Part shown: positions 13,351 through 28,300 of the stretch, piece by piece
How the letters are laid out: each line of letters opens with the position of its first letter
How positions within the stretch are numbered: position 1 is the stretch's first letter
Origin: Phoronis australis
Lineage: Eukaryota > Animalia > Phoronida
Direction: 5' to 3'
NCBI GenBank assembly: GCA_002633005.1
Contig: NMRA01000005.1
Span: 1,789,048 to 1,853,047, forward strand
Length of the DNA stretch: 64,000 bases
The notes under the pieces: generated by a model
Database searches by the model: none
The model's input: the letters and a program-made list of their open reading frames with translations, nothing else
Told to the model about the DNA's origin: nothing
Translations under genes and position numbers: made by a program

Positions 13351-16300
13351 TCATGCTTCCTTTGCCAATAGTTGACGAAATTCTTCAATGTGGTGAATAC
13401 TGTGAGACAACCTAAAACAATATCAAATGGCGTGCAGAGAGTTCATAATATCAGATGGCATGTAAAGAGTCGGATGCTTCCATAATATCAGATGGTGTGC
13501 AGAGCCTACAATACCGGATTGTATGTAGAGAATCTCACAAATGTGAAAATTTGTATGTGCAAAGCTCACAATATATCAGGTAGTAAGTAGAGTCCACAAT
13601 ATTAGACGCCACATGGGTGACCACAATATCAGATTTGTATGCACAAAGCTTGCAATATCAGATAATGAGTTGAATACACAATATCATATGGTATGTAGAG
13701 TCTACAATTATATCAGATAGTGTATGGAGAGTACATAATATCTGATGGTACGTAAAGAGCTCACAATATCAGGTCTATATGGACAAAGCCCAAAAAATCA
13801 GATTGAATCAATGTAAAAGAGACCACAATATGAGATTTGCATAATTATACAGTCAGATAAAATCGGAATTGTATGTACAAAGCACGATGGTTTGTGAAGA
13901 GCCTACACTACATAGTTCACAATATCAGATGGTATGTACCTTTTGGAAGCTCTAAAAAGTTCACAATATCAGACCATATTACATACAAATTTCAGATTGC
14001 TATGCACAGAGGCCACAACATTTCAATACAGGATTCACGTATAACTCCAATCACCAAATCGTTCTAAAATAGTTATTTGATGAAGAAACTTTCATGATAT
14101 AGCAGGCACGCACATCATATTACAATATTCCAAAAGTATATTGTACATTGAGGCAGGTATTTTCCTGATAGCGTATTCAAGATTTCAGGTGAAAAAACAG
14201 TACCAACTAACAACGAAGGCCTTGTTGGCCTCCAGTACAAACTTTGTCTCGTGTTTGGCATTTTGACGACCAAATAAAAAAATGCCGAACGTCAGCCCTG
14301 CACCAGTTTGAATAACAAGTGCAGTCAATTTTCTACTCGTATTTTTCTTTTTCTACTCTTATTTTCGAGCATTTACTCGTTCACGTCAAGGACTGTTATT
14401 TGATAAAAGATTGCACTTAATACAAGAGGCCACAATTTCTTTAGGGTCCTCATGCCAAAGCGGAAACCAGTCCCACTCCGTGGACTAAAGTGTAAAAACT
14501 TAGCAAGAACAAGTCACAATGTCACTTTCAAAGCAAAGGAAATTGTGAATATTTGACAAGGAATCACAGCAGATACTCTTACCTTCCAAATGCATTAAAT
14601 AAGGCGACAATCTCGGATCGGCGTAGTTGAAATGTTTTCTTTGATGAAGAGTCAACAAAGGACTCTGGACTCATGTCATCTCCAGAAAATAAGATTTTTA
14701 GAGCAGTTCCCATTCCGGTAATCTGAAAACAATTAATGTACATTTCAATAACATAAAGCTTAAAAATTTAAATTGCTGCAGGTGCCTTCACTTATGTCTT
14801 CAATTTCAAATCAGGAAATAAAGAAGCACAATTATGTTGATTTATGAACATATGACCAGTTAGAAGAAAACAAAGCCCCAATGGCATTCAAAAACAGAGA
14901 ACTTCTTGGAGTGCATGTCTCATAATTTTACTATTTTGTCATAGCACACTGGTACAAAAGTCACACATGCGTGAAAAAGGAAATGAAAACACGAACTTGT
15001 CCACTTTCTTAATGTTCAAAATTGCGTCTACCACATCCTTGCGTCAGTAGAATTTCTCTAAAATACTTTGATAAGTACTGCAATCCCTTCACGTGTTGAA
15101 TAATGCTCACTAAGTGACTGTTTAGCACACTCGTTTAATAACTGCAGCAGGTCACAGTTTTGAGTCAGTACCACGAGCAGTACATACCTGCAACTTGCCC
15201 CATAGTTTGCACTTGTCACAGCCAACGCAATCCATGATGCGCGAGATATTAAGGAAATGACTACGGAATTCCTCCTGAAAGATGTGCAACTCATTACATA
15301 CCATTCCCCTGGACTGTTAAAACCGAGAAATTTCCAACATCATGATCTGATCTAGAGTCACGTTCGATTCAACTTGACAAACAAGGTTACTGTGTTGGTA
15401 CAGAATGCTGTAATAGTAAGCAGGTGAGAGCTTACACTCACACAAAGGAATTAGCAAAAACCCTGAAGTGAACTAGACAAAAGAACACTGATTAAGCATT
15501 TCAAAATTAACCAGAAAATGTTGTTTTAAAATTCTGCTGATTTTCGACAGAAAGAAATACTGTTAATTTTTGTTTTGAAAACTAGTATGATATATCAGTT
15601 CAAAAAATAAAAACACTTAGTTTCCTGCACTAGGGAAATCAGTAATTAAGGTGGAAAGGTTAATTCAACTTTACACTTGCATGGGTACATTCACTATACA
15701 ATGACCTGGTGACAAAAACATTTTCTTGTAATCCTAATCATACAAGAGCAGTTCCATAGTGACATTAATGAAATGTTTTGACATCCAGGTTCAGGGGTCC
15801 GTTTCATGAAAAGTGACTCAACACTTTAGACAGAAATTTGGTTTTACATTCCCACTTCACCTGAATAAAGGTTTAGCCAGGTAAATGTTAGCATATCACA
15901 ACCTGGAAATAATTTATGCAAATTATCTCTTTAACTAGAAGTAATGCGTATATTTTCAGAGGCTTTGCATTTTTGGTAAAGTGAGATTTATTCTTTCACA
16001 TATATTTGTTCAGAGCACAAAACCAAATTTCTGACTTCAAGCATGTCATTTTCATAAAATAAATACCCTATGCCAGCCCAACACAGCGAGGTGACATGGC
16101 TATATATAACAGCAGGAAACAAGGCAGAATCATTATAAAGCACCGACTTACCTTTAATTTTTGAGCTTCTTTAGTCTTCTCTTGAAACAGTAGCCCTTCA
16201 TTAAAATGGTCAGGGAATGACCTGAAATGGCCAAAAATCAGTATTTAGTTAAGCCTGGTTTTAAATAGTAAACATGAACCATTGTCTTGTTCCACCAACT

Positions 16301-19300
16301 ATTCCCATTTTGACTTATTGTAAATCTCATAGTAAAGTAATTATTGGTGAATGAGTTGTCAAGGTTACAACAGTTTTATTCCGAACACTCCTGAAAACAA
16401 CATCTCAGATTAGACCATTACCATTCTCAAAAGACAAAAGCTACATAATCCAAAAACACAAGAAATTATGAAACAGCTTACACCTGCAAAATATGCCTAT
16501 TTTGCAAACTTTAGCACATTAAGATAATAAAAAATGTGAATTACATTTACAATCATTGTTCAATTATTTTTCCTGTTATCCTTGTCCAAATGATCCAAAA
16601 CCTAACATTTGCAAGCCTAATACCCTTGTGCATAAACCCCAAATTACAACTTAGACTAGTTTAGTGTGATAAACAACTTACTTAATAATATTCAGTATTT
16701 CTTTTACAGCCGTCTTGACATCAGCATCATCCTCAGGACTACCAGTAAAGTAGTTCTCCTGTAAACCAAACAACAGTGTACATCATAGCTGACCAAGATA
16801 GTGGAAACATGAATTATAGTTTTTACAAAAGTTACTTGACACCAAATGAAAGCTTTTGCTTGTATAATTTTTAACCTCTGCACCATGCCCACCACCAGAA
16901 GATGTATTGAGAAATTTTGGACAGTCACAACAGGGATAGTAACCATTGACAAATGAAAGGAAGTCAATCTTGTAACTTCTCCTTATCTGAAAATGGTGAG
17001 ACTTTACAGTATGAGCAATTAATGTAGATGGACAACCACACAGAAGATGGCAAAGGGGTAGCACAAAGTTTACTCCAACTTGACAATGAAGCAGACAATT
17101 CAATAACTAAATATCTAAGTGAGACAAAGTTTTTGACAAGTGAGAGTTGAGTGCAAGAGCAACTTTGCAACTAACATCAAAACTACATCATTTGGAATAT
17201 TCATGCGTTTCACTGGTTAGTGTCATTTCTTATTGATTTGGAGTTTATAAGAACTATTTCAAGTTCTGAAATAAGACAAACTTGACACCGAACTGCTGTA
17301 CTCCGAAACCTTACTACGTCAGGCAGTATTTCTGTATATTTAACCACTTCAAATTTGTCTCGATTCAGTTCAAAGAAACAACGTTCAAGCCCCCAAAAGT
17401 GCACACAATTTCAGTTTAGTGACTTTTTAAGCTACCAAAAAGGCCGATGTTTAAAAGAGGACAGCGACAACAAACCTACTTACATTCGCCAGATAAGGAG
17501 CAGCCTTGGCCAAAGCTCGCAGCTCAACAAGATACGTAAAATAGAGGTTTTTCAATCGTAATGGCCCCAGTCCATTTGTAGTTTCTGGGTCAAATCTCGT
17601 CTTAAATTCCGTCACATTATGACCCCAGTCCTGTTTAGTACCATAACCTTTACTGTCTGAAATGCAAGACAAGGTATCAAATTTTGATCATTTAACTGAG
17701 GTTTTGTCAAGGAGTAAGAAGTTCCTATTCACAAAAATGTAATAACCAAGTGAACTTATACACGAGTCCATAGTTATAAATTGAGCATGCGTAGTACTTG
17801 CGCACTAGCGTTGCTGTTGCACTCTTTGGTGACCCAATAATAAAATGCAGTTTCTCCTGAAGTAGCAAGTGCTGAAAACAGCACTCGATATTAAATTTAT
17901 GCCACCAGTATGTCAATATTGCAGTATTATCCCTCGAATCACAGCTTTGCTAGTCAGCCAATGCCTGGGTGATCAGTGACAGCAATAATTTGAGAATGTA
18001 ATTAGTATAAAGGATTTAATTACAATAAGAGACAGTCATGTGGTTGACTTCACAACTTACTGGATATCAACAGACATTACTGCCATTTATAAATGTGCTC
18101 TCAAATTCATCTCAGGAATGCCGAAAGGAATGCCGAGAAAATCCTGAATATGTTGAAATGATATAACTGCAACCTTCTGACAAACTATAGGTGACATTTC
18201 AAAATAAAAAAATATGCATTTTAACAATCTCTTACTCTCCCGTTCACTTACATAGGGAACGTAATTGAACCCAAGTTTGTTTATTCTACTTAATTGAACA
18301 TTCAAGATGGCGCACAAAACCGCAGACTAATGACCTGGATTGTGAGTGAAGCTGCAATGGTTTTAGCTATGAATGGGCAAATATTTGTATTGAAAACAAT
18401 GCTGAAATGATTTTTTTAGTCAGACTGAAGTATTGAAATATGGGATAGAATTCATGACAATTGTCCAACTTTAAGTGATTTACAGTAGTCCCAGAAATTG
18501 AGAACCAGTTTGATGCCTGTTATTCAGTGGAGATAACTGGTTCTCAAAACAACAGACCAATCCCAGTGACAATTACCAAATTCACTATTTCTGTAACACA
18601 CAAAAATTTCATGACACAAGTTAATTGCAAGCGCCTTGCATTTATAAAACATGCCCAAACTTGCACCCAGCTGTCATAACGAGAACTTTCACGTCATTAC
18701 TACATCCAGTAGACAGTAGAGTGACTATACCTTGCAAGAGGTACTTGGCAGATAAATGAATGTTGATACTGGTATGTAATCCTGACACCATGCGATAAAA
18801 CGCCCTCTTCTCAAGGCACATACCTGAAGAATGGAAAAGACAACATCTTATGTCAAGAAAAACTGAACTATGCAGAAAATCATAAGCGTTATTTCTGTGT
18901 AGAGGTCAACCTCCAAAAGTGAATAGCTAATCCAATGCAATGAAACTGCATAACGTCAGGAGAAATTGCATAATTTCTGAAGTCAAAATTATATTCTCTA
19001 TAATCTAAAGGCTAATAACACTAACTTAGAATATTATGCTATGAAATAATATGTATTTAACAATTTAAAAGCCACCAGTGCAACAAAACTAGTTAGGAAA
19101 TTATTGGAAATCAAATCACTAAACCTGAACAAACCTTGTGGGCTAAATAAACAATATTGATATGCAAAAACAAACATACTAAGTATGTGCAAATAAAGAG
19201 AGACACAATCACACATTTTATAGGAACCCCTTTCCCGTGAAGACTGGCATGTTACAGTGATAGAGTTTCAATCTTCACCAAGGTTAAGAAGACTCAAATA

Positions 19301-22300
19301 CAGAACAATAAAGATGACAGAAACACAATTAAGAGTAACAAGAACAGGAACAACCACAATTCCAACAATTCTAAATACTTATCCTACAATAGTTCCAATA
19401 TACAGAAATATTTAAGGACAGTCGTGTTTATTAAGAGAAAAAATGCAGGAGGACAAAAATAAGATTTATATTGATGCCATGTCCTCAAACTGTGATTTTA
19501 CAATAATAGCGAAGTTATTACCGCGATTTTAGTTCTCGTGGACAAAAATTGCTAACTAAATGGGATTGATGGTATCTTTGTCAGAAATGCAAGATAAATA
19601 AAAACAAAAACGCACGTAATGTGATCTCAAAATGGAGAACATATTGCAACCGTGTAAAAAATATCATATTTTACTATCCTGAAACACTTTCTACCAATCT
19701 GCGCGATCCAAGGTTTTACAAATGACAGTGGCTAAATTGTTCATTATTTGACCTGTTTGACACCTTTAATTACCACACCCAAGTCACCAATTATGTATGA
19801 CCCCAGAAAAATTAAAAAATTGGCTAAATCCAGAATATCCTTGCTCAGAAATGGCAGACAGAATTCACATCAAACTTTCACATGCTATGGTTTATGCACT
19901 GTTTTCCACAATGTTTTTACAGACTCCTTAAAATGTACCTGCATGTAGCATGAGGGTCAACAAAGGGCTTTTATGAAAAAAACCACAAGTTGCAAGGAAA
20001 AAAATAAAATATTTTAGAAAACTGTATGCAGAATTTCAGAGATTTTATCATAAAATTTTGAAATTTGACCATATTATGGAGAACGTTGCTTTACTAAACT
20101 TGTACCTCTTTATGCGTTATTTTACAAAAGGCATGGTAACGTGTCCAAAGTATTGACAGTTAGGTATACCAGTTAAAAATCAAAGTGTACAAGCTTTCTA
20201 CTTGGAGAAAACCAACAAATCACCATATATCTCAGTTCTGTGCACATGGAGTATACAACGAAACATTCAATTGAAAACCTAAAGCAAGCACATAATTTGG
20301 GCAAAGTANNNNNNNNNNNNNNNNNNNNNNNNNNNNNNNNNNNNNNNNNNNNNNNNNNNNNNNNNNNNNNNNNNNNNNNNNNNNNNNNNNNNNNNNNNNN
20401 NNNNNNNNNNNNNNNNNNNNNNNNNNNNNNNNNNNNNNNNNNNNNNNNNNNNNNNNNNNNNNNNNNNNNNNNACTTGCTGGTTTATGTTAACCGTCTACA
20501 TAAGCATCGAAGAAGAGTGTTTCAGCCTATAAGAATTTTGCACACGAATAATATAAACTACGAAATATTCACGTATCCACATCAGTGTCTGTGTAGCTCA
20601 GTGCGCGGGGTGGTAGCTTTGGTTCAAGGGACCGTTCCACAGCTAAAGATACTTGCAAGTATGCTTGGGGATATCTCGCAAAAAACGACTTCGTGATCTC
20701 GCCAAACTCGCAAGAAACTAGCCTTTCAGAGCAAAACCTTGGCTGCAGGAGTTGTGTAGTTGTGCCCTTGATCAAAGCACTGTTCTAAGTGACTCGCCTC
20801 TCTCAATATGACTACCAGATCTGGGTAAGCTACCTGCTACTAGCGTCCTAACCCGGCAGAGATGGTTGAGAGTCTCTCACCAACTGACGCTTCTGGAAAC
20901 AAACTCAACAACCAGCCCAATTGATATAACATAATGAACCTGTCCGTTTTGATGAACTGATATTCGCGTTTTAATCGTGGTATATCTATCTTTCCCTGTA
21001 GGAGAGCCGTGTCCATCTGACTGGGTCTTTATGTCGCCATATTGCTACTACGTGTCTTCCTCAACAGCTTCATTTGACGTGGCCACAGCTGAGTGCCAGT
21101 CGTATAACTCTACACTCGTGGGTCTCAACGATATTCGTGAAAGTTCTCTTGTAACGACAATATCGTAAGACATTTACTATTACTTTAAGTTTGAGTTCTC
21201 GCACCATCACGCCGTAGGTTAGTAGTATAGTAAGAGGTTTAGGACGCCCGCTTTTGCGGCTTCTCGGTCAAAGATCATAAATCCGAGAGGAAAGGTCAAA
21301 GGTCACATAGGATGGATGCAATCGGAAGGGACATCATCCGCCTACCGGACGGATGTGTCAATGACTTTTGTGGCTCCTCGCAACGGATTGAGAGTCGAAA
21401 TAAAAGAGGGATTACACTGCGTCTCGATTCAGTTCAAAGGAATAACGTTCAAGCCCCCAAAAGTGCACACAATTTCAGTTTAATAAATCATATTTAGTGA
21501 CTTTTTAAGCTACCAAAAGGCCGATGTCTAAAAGAGGACAGCGACAACAAACCTACTTACATTCGCCAGATAAGGAGCAGCCTTGGCCAAAGCTCGCAGC
21601 TCAACAAGATAAGTAAAATAGAGGTTTTTCAATCGTAATGGCCCCAGTCCATTTGTAGTTTCTGGGTCAAATCTCGTCTTAAATTCCGTCACATTATGAC
21701 CCCAGACCTGTTTAGTACCATAACCTTTACTGTCTGAAATGCAAGACAAGGTATCAAATTTTGATCATTTAACTGAGGTTTTGTCAAAGAGTAAGAAGTT
21801 CCTATTCACAAAAATGTAATAACCAAGTGAACTTATACACGAGCCCACAGTTACGAATTGAGCTTGGGTAGTACTTGCGCACTAGCGTAGCTGTTGCACT
21901 CTTTGGTGACCCAATAATAAAATGCAGTTTCTCCTGAAGTAGCAAGTGCTGAAAACAGCACTCGATATTAAATTTATGCCACCAGTATGTCAATATTGCA
22001 ATATTATCCCTTGAATCACAGCTATGCTAGTCAGCCAATGCCTGGGTGATCAGTGACAGTAATAATTTGAGACTGTAATTAGTATAAAGGATTTAATTAC
22101 AATAAGACACATGTGGTTGACTTCACAACTTACTGGATATCAACAGACATTTATAAATGTGCTCTCAAGTTCATCTCAGGAATGCCGAAAGGAATTTGAG
22201 ACAATCCTGAATATGTTGAAATGTTACTGCAACCTTCTGACAATCTAGAGGTGATATTTCAAAATAAAAAATATGCATTTTAACAATCTCTTACTCTCCC

Positions 22301-25300
22301 ATTCACTTACATAGAGAACGTAATTAAACCCAAGTTTGTTTATTCTACCTAATTGAATATTCAAGATGGCGCACGAAACCGTAGACTCATGAACTGGATT
22401 TTGAGTGAAGCTGCAATGGTTTTAGCTATGAGTGGGCAAATATTTGTATTGAAAACAATGCTGAAATGATTTGTTAGTCAGACTGAAGTATTGAAATATG
22501 GGATAGAATTCATGACAATTGTCCAACTTTAAGTGATTTACAGTAGTCCCAGAAACTGAGAACCAGTTTGATGCCTGTTAGTGACTATACCTTGCAAGAG
22601 GTACTTGGCAGATAAATGAATGTTGATACTGGTGTGTAATCCAGACACCATGCGATAAAACGCCCTCTTCTCAAGGCACATACCTAGGGGATGGAAAGAC
22701 AACATCTTATGTCATGAAAAACTGAACTATGCAGAAAATCATATGCGTTATTTCTGTGTACAGTTCGACCTCCAAAAGTTAATAGCTAATCCAATGCAAC
22801 GAAACTGCATAACGTCAGGAGAAATTGCATAATTTCTGAAGTCAAAATTATATTCTCTATAATCTAAAGGCTAATAACACTAACTTAGAATGTTACGAAA
22901 TAATATGTATTTAACAAAAAGCCACCAGTGCAATAAAACTAGTTAGGAAATTATTGGAAATCAAATCACTAAACCTGAACAAACCTTGTGGGCTAAATAA
23001 ACAATATTGATTTGCAAAAACAAACATACTAAGTATGTGGAAATAAAGAGAGACACAATCACACATTTTATAGGAACCCCTTTCCTGCGAAGAACTGGCA
23101 CGTTACAGTGATAGAGTTTCAATCTTCACCAAGGTTAAGAAGACTCGAATACAGAACAATAAAGATGACAGAAACACAATTAAGAGTAACAAGAACAGGA
23201 ACAACCACAATTCCAACAATTCTAAATACTTATCCTACAATAGTTCCAATATACAGAAATATTTAAGGGCAATCGTGTTTATTAAGAGAAAAAATACAGG
23301 AGGACAAAAATAAGATTTATATTGATGCCATGTCCTCAAACTGTGATTTTACAGTAATAGCGAAGTTATTACCGCGATTTTAGTTCTCGTGGACAAAAAT
23401 TGCTAACTAAATGGGGTTGATGGTATCTTTGTCAGAAATGCAAGATAAATAAAAACAAACAGGCACGTCATGTGATCTCAAAATGGAGAACATATTGCAA
23501 CTGTGTAAAAAATATCACATTTTACTATCCTGATACACTTTCTACCAATCTGCGCGATCCAAGGTTTTGCAAATGACAGTGGCTAAATTGTTTATTATTT
23601 GACCTGTTTGACACCTTTAATTACCACACCCAAGTCACCAATTATGTATGACCCCAGAAAAATTTAAAAATTGGCTAAATCCAGAATATCCTTGCTCAGA
23701 AATGGCAGACAGAATTCACACCAAACTTTCACATTCTATGGTTTCTGCACTGTTCTCCAAAATGTTATTACAGACTCGTTAAAATGTTCCTGCATCTTGT
23801 CTTGCATGAGGGTCAACAAAGGGCTTTTATGAAAAAAAACATAAGTTGCAAGGAAAAAATAAAATATTTCAGAAAACTGTATGCAGAATTTCAGAGATTT
23901 TATCATAAACATTTGAAATTTGACCATATTATGGAGAATGGTGCTTTACTAAAATTGTACCTCTTTAGGGGTTATTTTACAAAAGGCATGGTAACGTGTC
24001 CAAAGTATTGACAGTTAGGTATACCAGTTAAAAATCAAAGTGTACAAGCTTTCTACTTAGAGAAAACCAACAAATCACCATATATCTCCGTTCTGTGCAC
24101 ATGGAGTATACAACGAAACATTCAATTGAAAACCTAAAGCAAGCACATAATTTGGGCAAAGTAAAAGGAGGCAATCAGATCACTGTAGAAAACGTTGGAG
24201 CTAAAAAGAAACCACGCAAACTGAACAGCCTGAGAACATCATTGCGTGCAGTCAATGGTTTGTGTCTAGTCAGCATGCTGTGTCATCATGTCTGTTTTGC
24301 ACTTAGAACTTAAGCGGAATGTCAATAATTATGAACAGGGGTTGTAGATTTTGAGAACCAGTTTGATGCCCATTATTGATTGGAGAAAACTGGTTCTCAA
24401 AATACGAGATCCCTGCAAGTGACTATGTGCAGTTAAATTAAAGTGTTGCTCGAATGTAGGCTAGGCGATGATGTTCTAGAGAGATAGGGAATAAGTTAGA
24501 CATACACGAACAACATGACAAGACAAAAGGTCAAATTACCTTCTAATGCACCTTTTTAAGAGGTAAAGGAAATAAGGTTATTCTAACACATGAACATAAA
24601 TTGGCCTTACTTAATGGTTGGTTAAAAGTGCAGTGGAAAGCTTGAAGCTAGTCACTCAAAAGCGGCACTAGAAAGTAACAGTAATTTCTTGACTCACAGC
24701 TTTAGTTTAACAATCAGAAGCCTAAATTCTCCTCAATTCACAGCACTGCCCGTAATTGTGGTGCAGAACAAAGCATTTTCCCTAGACCTTTTCCAAATCG
24801 TAAGTGCGTAGTTAACCAATGGTAATGCTCAAGTTTATTCCCACCTCGATTTTTAGTTCCCCAATTTATTAAGCATCCTCAGCGTTTACCCAGACAAATA
24901 CTGTATAATATAATTGGTGATGAAATTCAGTGATTGTGATTTACTGTCGAAACACAGAATAAGAAGTCGCATTGCAAAACTTCACGCCTATCACTACTTG
25001 AACAAAATTTCTATCAAACAAAAGATTGAAGCAGAGTGCAACAGATGAATTGGAATAATTGTGCAATACACTAAAATCTAATGGAGAATAAACACAGGTA
25101 TAGTAGGACAGATGATTGGTTTGATGGTGATCAGAAGATGTTCTCTGCCTGTCTGTCAAACTGTCTCTGGATTTGCACAATAGGACCCTAAATGAAATCA
25201 AGACAGATGTCCAGGTTTGTATGCATAAAAATACATGAACAAGAATTTGTGTGTACTGTCATGAAGCATAAGTTTTATTGAATGTCTGATAAGGCTCGAA

Positions 25301-28300
25301 AATCATGTTCATGCATCTGAACACATGAATCCTCTCATTAACATAAGGTAATATATGAGAAATGTAATCATTGTGAAACTACTGGCAGAATCATTCAGAC
25401 AGCCAAATAGGGGTACAGTCAGTGTGAGACTACCCACATCTTGGCAAACAGTTCTAGACAACAGTGAACCGTAATGATGCAAGACTAGATGGACAGACAG
25501 ACATATAACATGCTTATAACTAACCACTATCAGTTATAAATATGTTTTAGGAAGAGGCAAACAATACATTGGAAATCTATTACCTTCTATCCCAGAGCCT
25601 AAAACAGCATAAACAATAAAATGATAAATTAGCGTAGACAAGTGAAATGAAATATAGTCATAAAACAAAATTAGAAACCAGTTAAGTTGTGAGCTACTTC
25701 AAAACGATTCCTTGGTTACCATTGATACGGAACAGGCAACTGATGGAACTTATTAATTTCTCACTGTAATACGATCATTTATTCACTTTTAACAGTGGTG
25801 ACAACTTAACATTCCATTAAATTACCTCCAATTAGAGAATGTAAACTTAACTGAGATGATTTCAGACAGCATTATTGGTCACAATTCTTACTTATAACTT
25901 GTTATGTGACAAATCATGCCCAACTTAGCCACATCTATATGCATTTAGTCACCTTGAGAGCTAATAACCAAAGAGCCTACTCCTTAGTTTTTCTTAAGAT
26001 TCAAGATGTCATGGCAACTAGTCATTGGTAACACGACATGGTGTAGTACCATGCAAAACTACCGCATTTGTTATTTTTAAACAATTTGGTTAAAATTAAA
26101 TTACTAAAACACACATGCACACCAACAATAATGTTGCCTTTTTATCTCGTCAAACAATATTTATTTATAAAGTGTCTGTGTAACAAGGGTTGTATCCCGC
26201 TCTACTCACACTGGTTACCATAATTGATCCATATTCAATGTAGAAAAAATTCACAGCAGCAGTTTTAAATCAAGTACAGAAAACAGACAAGCCAAAAGTT
26301 GCTAAAACACAACTCCTTGCACTCAAAATGGGCAGGTATGAACTCTACTCCCTATGTTCAGTTCACATGCAATTTGAACTAAACTTGGGGTGCATTTCAT
26401 GACAAGATACTCTTGAGGATTAACTCAGGAATGTCCAAGTCCCGTACCTGTCCAGGTTAACCATCATGCTTGGCTTACTGTCCACCCACGAAATTTCCCA
26501 CTTATTACTTTTAAGCACCCATGATTGGCTTACCCCCCCCTATTTTTATGACCAACACTCCCTTATAAGTGCTTGTATTTTTGTGAATGCCATTCTCATA
26601 TGAATTTTAGCTCACTGAGAAAAAAGTTTGAATCTCACTTTCCTTCAAACAATAATGAGTCAGCTTCCACAGAACCTTGCTTAATTCTGTTGGGTAAATA
26701 CCCACACCCTCCTGCTCTATACTGAACAAGACGTGTCCTTTCCCCTCATAAACATTCCAAATTATCATACGGTAGTCGCGCGATTTTTGGACCGCCCGCC
26801 ATTTTGGGACAAGAATAAATATTTCCAAAATGAGTTTTCCATGGTCCATGAAATGTTAACAAGGTTGTTGGGTAATACCCATTATGTGAAAAATAAATAA
26901 AAGCATTCACGTGAGCAGGAAGTGGCAAGGTCATAAATGGTTGCAAAGGAAAAGTTGAAGGTGCGCTGTGTAAAAAGCTTGGTCATGCTACCGAACTACT
27001 GTGTATGATTACTCCTTTCCAGACACTATGCTGACTACACGAAGTCTGACAACTGTACCTCTCTGGTTGCTAGCCCGACTGAATTTTCGCCACGGTGACC
27101 ACCTACCATTTCTCAAACATTTTGTTTCTAAGCCCCTAAGCTTGGTTTAACATTTACACCCGGATTTTTACTTCCTAATTTAAGAGCCCTGAGTGGTAAC
27201 CCGGACAAATATTGAAAATGTTAGCACACTAGAGTTAAGAAGAAATCCATACAAATTACTCAATTGATTAGTAACTTTGGGGAATATAAGAGATTTCATA
27301 CTTAGTTCAATTAAGATTTACTTTTCAGATAGATGCGTGGAGCATATGACAAAACTTCTGACACTCACAAACTTGAAACAAGTGCCTGCTTGGCATTCCC
27401 GGATAAAATACCGAATGAAAAAAGCAGGTACTAGTAATTTTAACATCATACAGTCCTGTTTCTCACAGCGAAGCCAAAGACCACAGAGTAAGAATAACCT
27501 TATGTAATGAGCAGTATTTGAAATTAGTGCTACAATGTACCATATATGACAAACTCAGAACTGCTTTAAAATCTTGAGCCATGTTTGAAGAGCTTCAGTG
27601 ATTGAAATAAACATTCATTTTGCTGTGAAAATAACTTTGAAATGTTCAGCGATTGAAAATGATGTGAATTCAAGATAGAAAGAAAGATCAGACCACAAAC
27701 AGGCCATGTACCAGTTCAGAGACATCAGGATTTTTGTGCTGGGAGAACCCTGACATGTTTCCATAATAACCAGCTGTCACAGCAACTAGGCCTAGTTTTA
27801 TTACCAAGTGAGTAGTGTTAGTTACATGCCTATAAAGACTACTTGATTAAATAAATCAAATCATGCTTAAATGTCAAACCACTCATATGTGTCAACTAAA
27901 AATCAATATGCACTGTGCTGACTAGGTTATAAAATTATATAAAATACGAATGATCATACACTATTACAAACAATATGACTTTTCTGGAACAAAAAAATTC
28001 TGGTAAAATCTCACCATTCTTGAATATAATATGGCAGACATGAGAAAGCTTAGTTTAGAGGCATCACATATATACTTCAAAGCTACCACATGAAAATGTG
28101 AAAACCTTCGGTTATTCACAACAACATAACAAAAGATCAATTTTGGTAGTAATTTTTGAAATCGGCAACCTTTTACCATAACAGTCAGTGTGACATTCAG
28201 TTATGAGTGTTCACACGACAAACATTGGCAGATGTGTCTTTTGGGTATCTTTTGAAGTTTTATGAAAATGTTCAAACAAAAGAGGAAAGGAGCAACAACA

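Noticed and set aside
13336-13353. ERO1 ends in TGA TGA, suggesting possible selenocysteine or readthrough
   Set aside because: The protein is already complete at this point, no SECIS was recognised, and a TAG follows within four codons.
24698-24721. 24-nt segment with TTTAG and GTGAGT boundaries
   Set aside because: It has an immediate TGA in phase 1 and a poor pyrimidine tract.
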